Assembly (NCBI GenBank): GCA_965221695.1
Contig: OZ244905.1
Span: 128,001 to 192,000 of the forward strand
Source of the DNA: Gammaproteobacteria bacterium
GTDB lineage: Bacteria > Pseudomonadota > Gammaproteobacteria > Eutrophobiales > Eutrophobiaceae
Direction of reading: 5' to 3'
Length of the DNA: 64,000 nucleotides
This document shows, in pieces, positions 1 through 9,471 of this stretch. The notes under the pieces were generated by a model. The model did no database searches and was not told where the DNA came from. It was given only the letters and a program-made list of their open reading frames with translations. Made by a program: the position numbers and the translations under genes. The number at the start of each line of letters is the position of its first letter. Within the stretch, counting starts at the first letter, position 1.

Positions 1-2
1 CA

Positions 3-506
3 GAATCTGCTACCTCGAAAGGCGTTGAACTATCGCTTACTGCGTTGCCTATAGATAATTTCAGGATGAATCTGGATATCGGTTATCTGAGCGCAAAGTT
101 TGACAAAGCCGTTATCTTTATTGAGGGAGAGAACCGCGTATTGGATGGTCATCGCACACCTTTATCCCCCGAGTGGACCTTGGCCGCTGATGCCGAATAT
201 ATGTTTAATATCGCGCCGAATTATGACGGTTTTGCACGATTGGAGTGGACTTACAGGGATGGCACCAGGACCAATACTGCAGGGTTGATACACGAAGGGT
301 TCCCCTATGAATCGCCCAGTTATGATTTTTTCAATTTGCGTGCTGGCGTGCGTCATAAAAACTTTACGATCACTGGTTATGCCGAGAACCTGTTTGATAA
401 TAATTATTATCCGAATGCCTATATCAAGGCATGGGCCAGCGGCATGTCTGTTGAACCGTCCTTCCGAACTTATGGCATTCGCGTGCGATATACTTACGGC
501 GAATAG
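3..506 (+). CDS. TonB-dependent receptor, C-terminal part (5' truncated by window edge)
   Basis: The frame is open from base 3 (ESATSKGVELSLTALP...). It carries typical TBDR C-terminal motifs (GVEL, FNLRAG, YAENLFDNNY, RTYGIRVRYTY). Confidence 0.85.
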   Translation, partial: ESATSKGVELSLTALPIDNFRMNLDIGYLSAKFDKAVIFIEGENRVLDGHRTPLSPEWTLAADAEYMFNIAPNYDGFARLEWTYRDGTRTNTAGLIHEGFPYESPSYDFFNLRAGVRHKNFTITGYAENLFDNNYYPNAYIKAWASGMSVEPSFRTYGIRVRYTYGE

Positions 507-524
507 GATTTAAGGAGGAGGAGG

Positions 525-602
525 CTCTGAACAAGTTCGTCTTGGACTTGTTCAGGGTGACACATCCGTATCGCGTTTGAACCTCTGATTAATCAGAGGT
601 TC
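525..602. repeat. Internally deleted copy of the 151-bp hairpin MITE (both terminal hairpins)
   Basis: ctctgaacaagttcgtcttggacttgttcaggg (525-557) and the perfect 24-bp palindrome gaacctctgattaatcagaggttc (579-602) match the two end hairpins of the copies at 14508 and 40548. Confidence 0.85.
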
Positions 603-698
603 TTTGATTTTCTATATGGAAAATGTTTCCGGCTTTAGCCATTACGCGGGCTGCGAACACATACGTGGCAATATCATATCTGGTAGGAGGGAGGTGAG

Positions 699-1985
699 AT
701 GAGCATTATCCTAAGACTATTCAGTGTTATCTGTCTGATTTTTCTAGCTATATTCGTTCAAGCAAATGAAACGACGGCCGCTACCGCCATTGTCGGCGGC
801 ACGGTGGTTGACCTGGATGGGAAAGCGCCGATTGAAAACGCTGTCATCCTTGTGGAAGGGGAGCGGATCACAGCAATCGGCGAAGTTGGCAAGATCAATA
901 TTCCTGACGGCGCCAGACAGATAGATGCGAAAAACAACTGGTTAATCCCCGGCCTCATGAACATGCATGTTCACCTGGGGCTGATTCTGCCGGGCAAGAT
1001 GAAGGCTGAACTGTACAACGAAAGTGAAGCGGCGTTGGCGCTGCGCATGGCCGCGGCGGCGCGGGAGACCCTGCAAGCCGGGGTCACTACCATTCGTTTG
1101 CCGGGCGATACCGCGCATGCAGACCTGGCCCTGATGCGGGCGATTAACAAAGGCCAGGCCGATGGACCGCGCATCTTCAGTTCCGGCGAAGCGCTGACGA
1201 TCACCGCGGGGCACGGGTCGAAAAAAGACGGCAAAGGCAATTATGACGGCCCGGATGAATTGGTGAAAGCGGCGCGCACGCAGATCAGCGCGGGCGCCAA
1301 ATGGATCAAGATACTCATATCGGGTGGAATAGCCACCGATGGCGGCGGTCTTGACGCGGCGCTGATGACGCCTGAAGAAATTCATGCTGTCATCGACGCG
1401 GCCCACCGGTTTGGTGTCAAGGTAACGGCCCATTCCGGTTCCCCGAGCGCGACCAACGTTGCCATAGATGCCGGACTTGATTGCGTCGAACATGGCTATT
1501 TCCTGGATCGTCCAACCCTGAAGAAAATGAAACAGAACGGCGTCTGGCTGGTGCCCACCATTGTCGTCAGCCAGCCTGCCACCGAACCATTTTTCAAGCG
1601 AATTGGTTCCCCGCCCTGGTACCTGGAACGCCGTAATTCCGCCGGCAAATCGCACTGGAAGGCGTTGCAGATGGCCATTGAAGAAGGCGTCGACATCGCC
1701 TTGGGCACCGACCAGTTGCCGCACGAGCCCAATGACGGGACTACCGCGACCGCGCGCGAGGCCCAATACTACGTGGAAGCAGGCATGACGCCGTTGCAGG
1801 CATTACGCTCCGCCACCATTGAAAGCGCCAGGCTGCTTGAAGCTGAAGACGAAATCGGCTCGCTCGAAGCAGGCAAATACGCGGACATCGTCGCTGTGAA
1901 CAAGGACCCCACCGAGGACATCAAAGCATTGCGCAATATACTGCTGGTGATGAAAGGCGGCAAGGTTTACCGCAATAATCTTTAG
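699..1985 (+). CDS. Exported metal-dependent amidohydrolase (COG1228 / Xaa-Pro dipeptidase-like)
   Basis: N-terminal signal peptide; PGLMNMHVH, WIKI, TAH, EHG, GTD and GKYADIV motifs; GGAGG RBS upstream. Confidence 0.85.
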   Translation: MSIILRLFSVICLIFLAIFVQANETTAATAIVGGTVVDLDGKAPIENAVILVEGERITAIGEVGKINIPDGARQIDAKNNWLIPGLMNMHVHLGLILPGKMKAELYNESEAALALRMAAAARETLQAGVTTIRLPGDTAHADLALMRAINKGQADGPRIFSSGEALTITAGHGSKKDGKGNYDGPDELVKAARTQISAGAKWIKILISGGIATDGGGLDAALMTPEEIHAVIDAAHRFGVKVTAHSGSPSATNVAIDAGLDCVEHGYFLDRPTLKKMKQNGVWLVPTIVVSQPATEPFFKRIGSPPWYLERRNSAGKSHWKALQMAIEEGVDIALGTDQLPHEPNDGTTATAREAQYYVEAGMTPLQALRSATIESARLLEAEDEIGSLEAGKYADIVAVNKDPTEDIKALRNILLVMKGGKVYRNNL

Positions 1986-1994
1986 TTGGCCGCG

Positions 1995-3392
1995 ATGAAA
2001 AGGCTTGCCGGGCTGGTTTTCGCGCTGTTATCGGCGCTGTCAGCATGCTCGGAAAAACAGCCCGACCCTGCCGGTGAGATCCTGGTTAAGCGGGTCACGC
2101 TGATCGACGGGACCGGCGATCAGCCACAGGTCGGTGTCGATGTACGCATATCCGCCGGGAGGATTGCTGATATCGGCGCTGACTTATCGACTGCACCAAA
2201 CACAGAGACGATTGACGGCAGCGGGAAATATATGATTCCCGGTTTAATCGACGCGCATGTCCACCTGGACGCGCCGATTGTCTTCCAACTCACGCCGGAA
2301 GAAAAAGCGCAGATCATCGAACATACCCCGAAGGCTTTTCTGTATAACGGCGTCACCTCGGTTCTCAACGTTTCCTCAGAAGTGGACTGGATTTTTGAAC
2401 AACGTCAGGCCGAACGGGAGGACCGGCTGCTGTCTCCGCGCATCTATGCCATGGGCCGTTCTTTTACGCCGGTAGATGGTTGGGGCAGCAGGCATGGTGG
2501 CGCCTTGGCAAATTCCGAGGAAGCGCTGGAACGGGCCCGCGACTACATCAGCCGGGGCACGGATGGTTTCAAGGTGATCATCGAGGACGGCCTGGGCGCT
2601 TCCGGGACTTATGTCAGGATGAGCGATGAGATGATGATGGCTATTTCAAACATTGCCCAGGAGAACGATGTTCCCATCTATACCCATGCCATCAACCTGG
2701 ACGAATTCCATTCGGCTGTCGCCATGTCCTCCACGGCGATTGTCCACGGGCTTGAAGACCCGATTCCGCCGGGCGATACCATCCTGCAGGACATGGCAGA
2801 GAATAACGTGATGCTTGTTCCCACCCACAGCCTTTGGGAGGCGTTCCTGCGTCACGACGAAGCCGCGGCTGATCTGAATGATCCGATTTTGCGCGACAGT
2901 GTTCCCCATTTTCTGCTGGATTATATGCAGGACCCGGCATACCGCGCCGAGGAGACTCGCCGCTTCCTGGCGGTTGCCAATATGCCGGTTTACCAATGGG
3001 CCGAAGAGAAGATACCGGTATTTCGTGAGAATATCCTGAAGGCGCACCAGGCAGGTGTTGTGCTTGCCACAGGCACCGACGCCGGTGGACCGGTCGGCTA
3101 TAACTTCCAGGGCTACAATCTGCCTTGGGAAGTCAAACTGTTCGTACAAGCGGGCTTGACTCCGATGGAAGCCCTGGTGGCGGCCACCCGCAACGGCGCC
3201 CGGGTGATTGGCGTCGAGGATCAACTGGGCACGGTGGAAGTCGGCAAACTGGCCGACCTGTTGATCCTGATGGCCAATCCGCTGGAAGACATCGAAAACA
3301 TCCGCCAGATAGAAACCGTAGTATACAAAGGCAAGGCTTACCCGCGTAGCGCGTTTGCCTACCAACCCTCAAATACAGGAGCTGAAAAATGA
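1995..3392 (+). CDS. Lipoprotein metal-dependent amidohydrolase (COG1228)
   Basis: Lipobox LSALSAC; PGLIDAHVH, FKVI, THA, VHG, GTDAG and GKLADLL motifs. ATG at 1995 preferred over TTG at 1986. Confidence 0.85.
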   Translation: MKRLAGLVFALLSALSACSEKQPDPAGEILVKRVTLIDGTGDQPQVGVDVRISAGRIADIGADLSTAPNTETIDGSGKYMIPGLIDAHVHLDAPIVFQLTPEEKAQIIEHTPKAFLYNGVTSVLNVSSEVDWIFEQRQAEREDRLLSPRIYAMGRSFTPVDGWGSRHGGALANSEEALERARDYISRGTDGFKVIIEDGLGASGTYVRMSDEMMMAISNIAQENDVPIYTHAINLDEFHSAVAMSSTAIVHGLEDPIPPGDTILQDMAENNVMLVPTHSLWEAFLRHDEAAADLNDPILRDSVPHFLLDYMQDPAYRAEETRRFLAVANMPVYQWAEEKIPVFRENILKAHQAGVVLATGTDAGGPVGYNFQGYNLPWEVKLFVQAGLTPMEALVAATRNGARVIGVEDQLGTVEVGKLADLLILMANPLEDIENIRQIETVVYKGKAYPRSAFAYQPSNTGAEK

Positions 3393-5674
3393 ACCTACCA
3401 AAGAGCCTTATAAAGTATGGAGTTCGTTATATTCTATCCAGTTGTATACTTGTTCTAACGTTTGGATTTGCGCCCTTGGCGCTGTCCCAAATCGAGGAAA
3501 TTGTAGTAACCGCCACCAAGCGCGGCGATGAATTGATCCAGGATATACCACTGTCCGTCCAGGCGATCAGCGGAGACAGCTTGCAAGAAATAGGAGCGCT
3601 GGATTTCAATGATTATTACCGCCAGATACCGGGGTTGAGCGTTGTCGACCAGGGCCCCGGTGACAAACGTTACATCATACGCGGGATCATGTCCGCCGGC
3701 GCTGGCACCGTTGGCCTGTATTTCGATGAAATCGTAGTTACCGGAAATATGTTGACCACGGATGGCGGAAGATCGATAGATATCAAGTTGTTCGATATGG
3801 ATCGTATAGAAGTGTTAAAAGGGCCCCAGGGAACGACTTTCGGCTCAAGCTCACTTTCCGGGGCAATCAGGTGGATCCCGGCGTATCCGGATATGGCCCA
3901 GGCTTCTATGGATGTCGGCGCGGGGTTCAATTCCACCCGCCACTCGGACGGACTGGGTTACACGGTGGACGCTATGGTTAACATACCCATCGTCAAGGAC
4001 AGGGTGGGGCTCAGGTTTGCCGGGATCAAGATCGATAATGACGGTTATATCGACAATCAGTTCCGGGAAGATGCCAATGATGATGACACCGAAGCCTTAC
4101 GCGGCATACTGGCTGTCCAGGTTACGGACAACCTGAAATTTTCAATCATGGGCATGCATCAGGATGCAAAAACCCATGCTCGTGCCGGATGGATGGATCA
4201 GTTGATTGATCTTCCCGCAAGCCCGACACTGAACGGCGGCCCCACGCCCACCAGGTACTACAATACGGACCTGTCCGATGCCGGTTTTCTTGACAAGAGC
4301 AACATGTACAACGTCAAGTTTGAGTATGATCCCGACTGGGGCAATGTCATCTTCACCTCATCCCTGCTCCAGCGTGATACTGATCTTAACCGGGACGCCT
4401 CCGCAGAGATTGAGATCATCACCCGGCTGGGATTTCCTGCGGACGGTACCGGACAGTCATATATCGTTCAGCCCCAGAATCGTGAGCTGTTCACCAATGA
4501 AATCCGTTTCGCCTCCAGTTGGGACAGCCCTTTTCAGGTATTGATCGGCGGGTTCCGCCAATCAGAGGAACGTTTCTTCAGGAGCAAGGTGATTACGGTA
4601 GATCCGGTGTCCGGCAGAACCACCCCTGAGTCGATTTCATTGCTGGACCGCACGGTTGACACATCAGTTGATGAGAAGGCGCTGTTCGGTGAATTGTCCT
4701 GGGACGTAACAGAACAACTGAACGTGACGGGCGGTTTCCGCTGGTTTGATTTCAACCTGGTGGAAAACGCCGCAGCGGTTACCGGCTTCCCCGGGAGACC
4801 CGGCAGCGGGCCCGGTCCGCAACTTGCGTTTGGCGAGAAAGACATCATTTTCAAGGCAAATGTGTCCTTTGAAATGACTGATGACCTCATGGGCTACTTC
4901 CAGTTTGCCCAAGGATTCCGTTCAGGCGGCCCGAACGACCAGACGGCCGCCAGTATTGCCGGCGTGACCATCCCCGCGGGCTTCGGTTCCGACTCGGTGG
5001 ACAGTTACGAAGTCGGGATCAAAAGCGCCTGGATGGATAATAAGCTGATCTTTAATGGCGCGTTTTATTTGCTTGACTGGACTGATATTCAGGCCCGACA
5101 ACAGGCAACCGCGCCGGGCGGTTTGACCTTCTCCTACCGGGGTAATGGCGGCTCTGCGGAAACCATCGGAATGGAGCTGCAAGGCCAGTTCTACCCCATG
5201 GAAGGACTGCAGTTCGGATTTACCGTGAACTACAATGATGCGGAACTGACCGCTGATGCGCCCATACCAGCCAACGGCATGGATGGCGATAAAATTCCCC
5301 ATGTGCCGGAATTCTCCTTCAGTCTGAACGGCCGCTATGAACGGCCCTTGGGCTGGAACGATTGGACCGGGTTCATCAGCGGTGATTTTTCCTGGGTGGA
5401 TGAGCAGAGAAGCCAGCTAAGGCCGACTTTTATCACCTACCGCGAGATGGATGATTACTCCATCCTGAACCTGAGAGCGGGAGTTGACGGCAATGGCTGG
5501 TCGGCCGTGTTGAGCGTCGAAAACGTGCTGGATGAGGATGAGACTCTGGCGTACCTCTTTAACGGTGGCAACCAGCCATCCCGACTCGGTCTGCCTGGCT
5601 GGGTTCCGCCCGGTATGGTCCGTCCCTGGCCGCGCATGGTCTCATTTTCGTTGCGCAAATCATTCGATTTTTAA
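3389..5674 (+). CDS. TonB-dependent receptor
   Basis: Signal peptide, TonB box IEEIVVTATKR, plug motif RIEVLKGPQGTTFG, C-terminal Phe. Start overlaps the upstream stop (ATGA). Confidence 0.95.
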   Translation: MNLPKSLIKYGVRYILSSCILVLTFGFAPLALSQIEEIVVTATKRGDELIQDIPLSVQAISGDSLQEIGALDFNDYYRQIPGLSVVDQGPGDKRYIIRGIMSAGAGTVGLYFDEIVVTGNMLTTDGGRSIDIKLFDMDRIEVLKGPQGTTFGSSSLSGAIRWIPAYPDMAQASMDVGAGFNSTRHSDGLGYTVDAMVNIPIVKDRVGLRFAGIKIDNDGYIDNQFREDANDDDTEALRGILAVQVTDNLKFSIMGMHQDAKTHARAGWMDQLIDLPASPTLNGGPTPTRYYNTDLSDAGFLDKSNMYNVKFEYDPDWGNVIFTSSLLQRDTDLNRDASAEIEIITRLGFPADGTGQSYIVQPQNRELFTNEIRFASSWDSPFQVLIGGFRQSEERFFRSKVITVDPVSGRTTPESISLLDRTVDTSVDEKALFGELSWDVTEQLNVTGGFRWFDFNLVENAAAVTGFPGRPGSGPGPQLAFGEKDIIFKANVSFEMTDDLMGYFQFAQGFRSGGPNDQTAASIAGVTIPAGFGSDSVDSYEVGIKSAWMDNKLIFNGAFYLLDWTDIQARQQATAPGGLTFSYRGNGGSAETIGMELQGQFYPMEGLQFGFTVNYNDAELTADAPIPANGMDGDKIPHVPEFSFSLNGRYERPLGWNDWTGFISGDFSWVDEQRSQLRPTFITYREMDDYSILNLRAGVDGNGWSAVLSVENVLDEDETLAYLFNGGNQPSRLGLPGWVPPGMVRPWPRMVSFSLRKSFDF
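5567..5674 (+). repeat. 108-bp direct repeat, copy 1 (3' end of the TonB receptor gene)
   Basis: ggcaaccagccatc...cattcgatttttaa recurs at 7991-8098 with one mismatch (T5614 vs G8038). Confidence 0.95.
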
Positions 5675-5679
5675 ATAAC

Positions 5680-5718
5680 GGAAGCTCTGAACAAGTCCAT
5701 CCAGGACTTGTTCAGAGC
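5680..5718. repeat. MITE fragment (left-end hairpin only)
   Basis: ggaagctctgaacaagtccatccaggacttgttcagagc matches the 5' end of the 14508 copy. Confidence 0.85.
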
Positions 5719-5853
5719 GCGCCTTCTGGGGGTGGATAGGGTGTTCTGCATATAAGGTCAGACCAATCCAGCCTAACAGAAGCTATTGATAGTTATGAGA
5801 ATTTGCAAAAGCAGACATGCTGTCACACTAAAATAACGGACACACCACCGACC

Positions 5854-6366
5854 TCACTCCTCGAATAACAAGTAATCCAGTAATCTCCGAAGTTCAGGAA
5901 CTTTATTTCGCCGCTCGTCCAGGAACTGCTTCGGAAAATTCTTCTGATAATATGCCCTTGCGTTCTTTCGAGTCGGAGGTTTAATACCCACCTGCGCTTT
6001 ACAGTTGGCACTTGAACCCGGCACATTCTTCCCAAGGATTTTGAGGAACAGACCTTCGAGGCATGGAGTTGTTTTTATAATCACTATCTTTTTTGACTTT
6101 GCTCGCTTACGTGCCGTTATTGACATTTCCAGGTCGTAATCCAGCAATGTTACAACCCGGTCGTAGTCTTTATTTTGACGCTGTCTTATTGCATGATTTA
6201 CAACATTATCTGGTCCTTTACCGCTCGCATGAGTAACCTTGGCGCTCACGCCACAGCCGCGGGTAATATAGAGAGACTTTATGTATTCGAGAAATGCAGC
6301 ATCAGTTGCGCCTTCTCCAACCAACAAGATGGTATGACGTGCAGTGCGCCTTTCCCGGGATGGCAT
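5854..6366 (-). CDS. rloB: RloB-like (TOPRIM-related) protein
   Basis: LLVGEGATD, DRVVTLLDYD and TPCLEGLFL fit the RloB pattern (VCEG..E, D.D, NPCFE). Directly downstream of an AAA ATPase. Confidence 0.7.
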   Translation of the reverse strand: MPSRERRTARHTILLVGEGATDAAFLEYIKSLYITRGCGVSAKVTHASGKGPDNVVNHAIRQRQNKDYDRVVTLLDYDLEMSITARKRAKSKKIVIIKTTPCLEGLFLKILGKNVPGSSANCKAQVGIKPPTRKNARAYYQKNFPKQFLDERRNKVPELRRLLDYLLFEE

Positions 6367-6377
6367 GTAATTGCCTG

Positions 6378-7571
6378 TCAGAAGTTGGGAACGGCGCCGT
6401 AGGCGCCGGCACGGTACTTGGCGTACAAATTATCATCCCGCCGAATACCTTTGATATCACCCAGTCGCCATGCCTCGCTGAAGCCATCAGTGTCTTTCTC
6501 GGTAAGCAGGACCTGATCCTTCTCCAATTCATTGAGAACCTCATGCGCATGACAGGTAAAGATAATTTGTGCATTGTGAGGGTTACGTTCGGGATCAATA
6601 AACAGAGCAAGCATTGCGCTAATCATGTCCGGATGTAGGTCGGCTTCCATCTCATCGATGATGACGACACCGCCATGCTCAAGCGCCGGCAAAATCTTCT
6701 TGAGCAGAAGAAAAGCAGCCTGTGTGCCACTGGATTCTAATTCCATTTGCAGTATTTGCTCTTGGTTACCGGATCGGTGAATACAGAACGGGTATTTGGT
6801 CTTGATGGTATTTCCGGTTTTTTTATCCATAGGATAAGCTGTTTCAATAATTACCTTTGCTAAACCCAGATCCAGATCGCCCAAAATTTCAGACATCTGC
6901 GAGCGCAGCGCCGGCCATTCATAAAAGAATTCTGAGGCCTCATACATTTCACTGAGTTCGAAATGGAACCGGCCGCCGTATCCTACATTGGTATAAAAGG
7001 TTTTGAAATATTTGACCAGTTCCAGCGCGCACGCAACATTGTACTGGGCTGCGGTAGAGATCAATGATGCGTTCTCGCGAACTTTTTCAGCCTCGCGCAG
7101 CGCAAATCCGAAATTCTGCTGGCGGATATCGTAAGCCGAATCAACCTCAGACCAGTCACGCCGGAAAACGAAGCTGAAGAACTTGCTTGTCTTTTGATGG
7201 AGTGATTCATGTACAACCCGCTTCGGATTGATAACCAGGGAATAGCGGTAATGTTTGCCATTAATCTCGAATTCAATCTCAAACTCGCTGTCTCTTATGT
7301 TAGAGAAAAAGTGGGGATTTACTGGATTTTCCTCCGACGGCTTGATTGAAAACGAATGGGCAATATACCAACCAAGGAAGGAAAGTGACTTCAATACTGT
7401 GGTTTTACCTGAGGCGTTGGGACCTATGACCGCAAGGATTTTCGACAGACGAGCGCCTCCCGGGCTCTCGAACATGAGGTCCGATTCCGGAACTTGGCGA
7501 TTGAGCACAAAAGAGACTTCCGTTTTCTCAGCGAACGAACAAAAGTTCTTGAATCGATAGTTATGAATCAT
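6378..7571 (-). CDS. rloA: AAA_15/AAA_21 ABC-type ATPase (RloA-like), putative defence/Abi component
   Basis: FKNFCSF N-terminus, Walker A GPNASGKT, signature ESSGTQ, Walker B IIDEMEADLHP, IFTCH, C-terminal YRAGAYGAVP. Confidence 0.85.
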   Translation of the reverse strand: MIHNYRFKNFCSFAEKTEVSFVLNRQVPESDLMFESPGGARLSKILAVIGPNASGKTTVLKSLSFLGWYIAHSFSIKPSEENPVNPHFFSNIRDSEFEIEFEINGKHYRYSLVINPKRVVHESLHQKTSKFFSFVFRRDWSEVDSAYDIRQQNFGFALREAEKVRENASLISTAAQYNVACALELVKYFKTFYTNVGYGGRFHFELSEMYEASEFFYEWPALRSQMSEILGDLDLGLAKVIIETAYPMDKKTGNTIKTKYPFCIHRSGNQEQILQMELESSGTQAAFLLLKKILPALEHGGVVIIDEMEADLHPDMISAMLALFIDPERNPHNAQIIFTCHAHEVLNELEKDQVLLTEKDTDGFSEAWRLGDIKGIRRDDNLYAKYRAGAYGAVPNF

Positions 7572-7603
7572 GATTGCACCTGCACAGAGTGCTGTAAACT
7601 ATA

Positions 7604-7649
7604 ATTAACAATATTATGTTAATAATAGCTTTTTAATAGGATATATCAA
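7604..7649 (-). promoter_or_regulatory. Putative sigma70 promoter with inverted-repeat operator for rloAB
   Basis: Minus strand TTGATA-N16-TATTAT (7649-7622). Inverted repeat attaaca-N6-tgttaat at 7604-7623 in an AT-rich spacer. Confidence 0.35.
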
Positions 7650-7990
7650 GACTTTTATATGAATATATACCAAATTAATGGGAAGTGTGAGAGTGGTCAG
7701 CAGTTGGAACCGCAGACATATGAATGAGGACTCGCCCGCGAATTCAATTTGCCAAGTGTCGTGCTGAATAACTTCGGTACGAGTCCGGATATCTCATTAC
7801 CGATTTTACAACGGGGTCTGAAATAAGCACAATGCGGTTGATTATCGAGGATCGAGACGACCGTTGCGACGACCTGCACTCAAACAGGCAGTATGCGGGC
7901 CAGCCAAGCAGGCAAAATACTCGAGAACGAGACCCTCTTACAATTGTGTGAGATATCCAGGTTAGTTGATGTTGCTGCCGAACAGGCGCC

Positions 7991-8098
7991 GGCAACCAGC
8001 CATCCCGACTCGGTCTGCCTGGCTGGGTTCCGCCCGGGATGGTCCGTCCCTGGCCGCGCATGGTCTCATTTTCGTTGCGCAAATCATTCGATTTTTAA
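7991..8098 (+). repeat. 108-bp direct repeat, copy 2 (orphan TonB receptor 3' end)
   Basis: 107/108 identical to 5567-5674; upstream sequence is unrelated to the receptor gene. Confidence 0.95.
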
Positions 8099-8126
8099 GG
8101 AACTTCTGACTTAAATCAGAGGTTCC
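8099..8126. repeat. MITE fragment (right-end hairpin only)
   Basis: ggaacttctgacttaaatcagaggttcc immediately after TTAA. Confidence 0.8.
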
Positions 8127-8182
8127 TTCAATGAAATATCGCACTCATTAATGCTTATTTGAGTTTGACAACTTTGTTGCTT

Positions 8183-9106
8183 TTATTCTGATCCCCTGAT
8201 CAATATCATAACTTGCTTGAATAACTCGCTGTCTCCATCCGCGAGGGACAGCGCTGTGTCGGCATGGTTTTGACCGTCCAGCAACAGGTAACGGGCATTG
8301 ACGCCTGCTGTTTTTAAGGCCTCGGTGAAGGCCATGGATGACTCCTGGTATCCTTCTTCGGAGCCGACTGCGACCAGTACGGTCGGCGTCGGGTCATTGA
8401 TCTGTAGGATGGGGCTGGCTTGCTCCCGCAGTTCTGCAGTCGGAGCATAGGCGTACACCTCGCCGGGTCTCCCTCGCGCGCGCACATCATAGGGTCCGCT
8501 AATGGGCACGATGCCTTTCAGTATCTCCTTCGGCAGACCCATCCCGGACAACCAGGCGCGGTCAACGCCGACATCGGCAGAGAGGATGGCGCCGGCTGAA
8601 TGCCCACCCACATAAATGGCTTCAGGGTCTCCGTCATAATCCCCGATGTTTTCGAATAACCATTTAACGGCGCGTTTTACGTCGTCAGGTTGATCAGGAT
8701 AGTGGGCGCCACTGCCGGTCAATCGATAACTGGCAACTGCCGTGATCACTCCTTCCTTGACAAACGGTTCGGCCACCGCGCCGTAGTGCGTTCTGTCTCC
8801 CTCGCGGAATCCGCCGCCATGCAGGAACAGAAAGACCGGGGCATTTGCTGTTTTGTCTTTGGGCAGGTAAAGATCAAGGCGTTGTTTCGGGTCGGTCCCA
8901 TAGACCAGATCCAGGTGATGAGGAAACTGTTCCCTGACCTTGGCCGTGCGCTTGTTCATGTGATGATAAAACCCGGTCCAGTCGATAGTGAATTCATCAG
9001 GGTGTGTGACCGTATAGTATTTGGACATGTCCTGCGCATTGCTTCCATTGGTCTGGAACAGTATCAGGGCAAGTATTACGATGAGTGATTGCTTTGTCTT
9101 CAGCAT
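8183..9106 (-). CDS. Exported alpha/beta hydrolase (HSL/arylformamidase-like esterase)
   Basis: HGGGF oxyanion motif, GHSAG nucleophile, C-terminal His (QNHAD), signal peptide. Start set at ATG 9106 after GGAGGT. Confidence 0.85.
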   Translation of the reverse strand: MLKTKQSLIVILALILFQTNGSNAQDMSKYYTVTHPDEFTIDWTGFYHHMNKRTAKVREQFPHHLDLVYGTDPKQRLDLYLPKDKTANAPVFLFLHGGGFREGDRTHYGAVAEPFVKEGVITAVASYRLTGSGAHYPDQPDDVKRAVKWLFENIGDYDGDPEAIYVGGHSAGAILSADVGVDRAWLSGMGLPKEILKGIVPISGPYDVRARGRPGEVYAYAPTAELREQASPILQINDPTPTVLVAVGSEEGYQESSMAFTEALKTAGVNARYLLLDGQNHADTALSLADGDSELFKQVMILIRGSE

Positions 9107-9315
9107 GAAGTTTACCTCCTGCCAATATATCAACTGGGGAATCCAGATCAGGATAACCTATATTTTGTCTCCAAGCATGATAAATCGGCTAAAATCAAAC
9201 AACTTTTGAAGGCTAACCCGAAAATCTCACCAATTCGCTTGTCAGCATCGGATAGATGTTTGCTGTCAATGAGTTATGCTAATCTGTCGACTATGTTGCC
9301 ATTACACACTGCGCT

Positions 9316-9437
9316 TGATGCGCCCTCACTGGTCTTTTTTGCGTTAGCGGGCACATGCTTCCTCAACCAGAAGAACCACTATGGTTTCGGTCGCGAGCAC
9401 CCGCTAACGCAAAAAATCCTCAGCGATCATCGCATCA
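9316..9437. repeat. Long intergenic inverted repeat (REP-like hairpin)
   Basis: Perfect 17-bp arms ttttttgcgttagcggg (9335-9351) and cccgctaacgcaaaaaa (9400-9416). Outer arms tgatgcg/cgcatca. Confidence 0.75.
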
Positions 9438-9471
9438 ATTGGTGAGATATTCGGGCTAAAGATATTCAATC

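Noticed and set aside
7697-8144. Short ORFs including the duplicated MRNENETMRGQG peptide
   Set aside because: By-products of the 108-bp DNA duplication read in non-coding frames. The 7700-7990 segment may be a gene remnant, but I cannot identify it.
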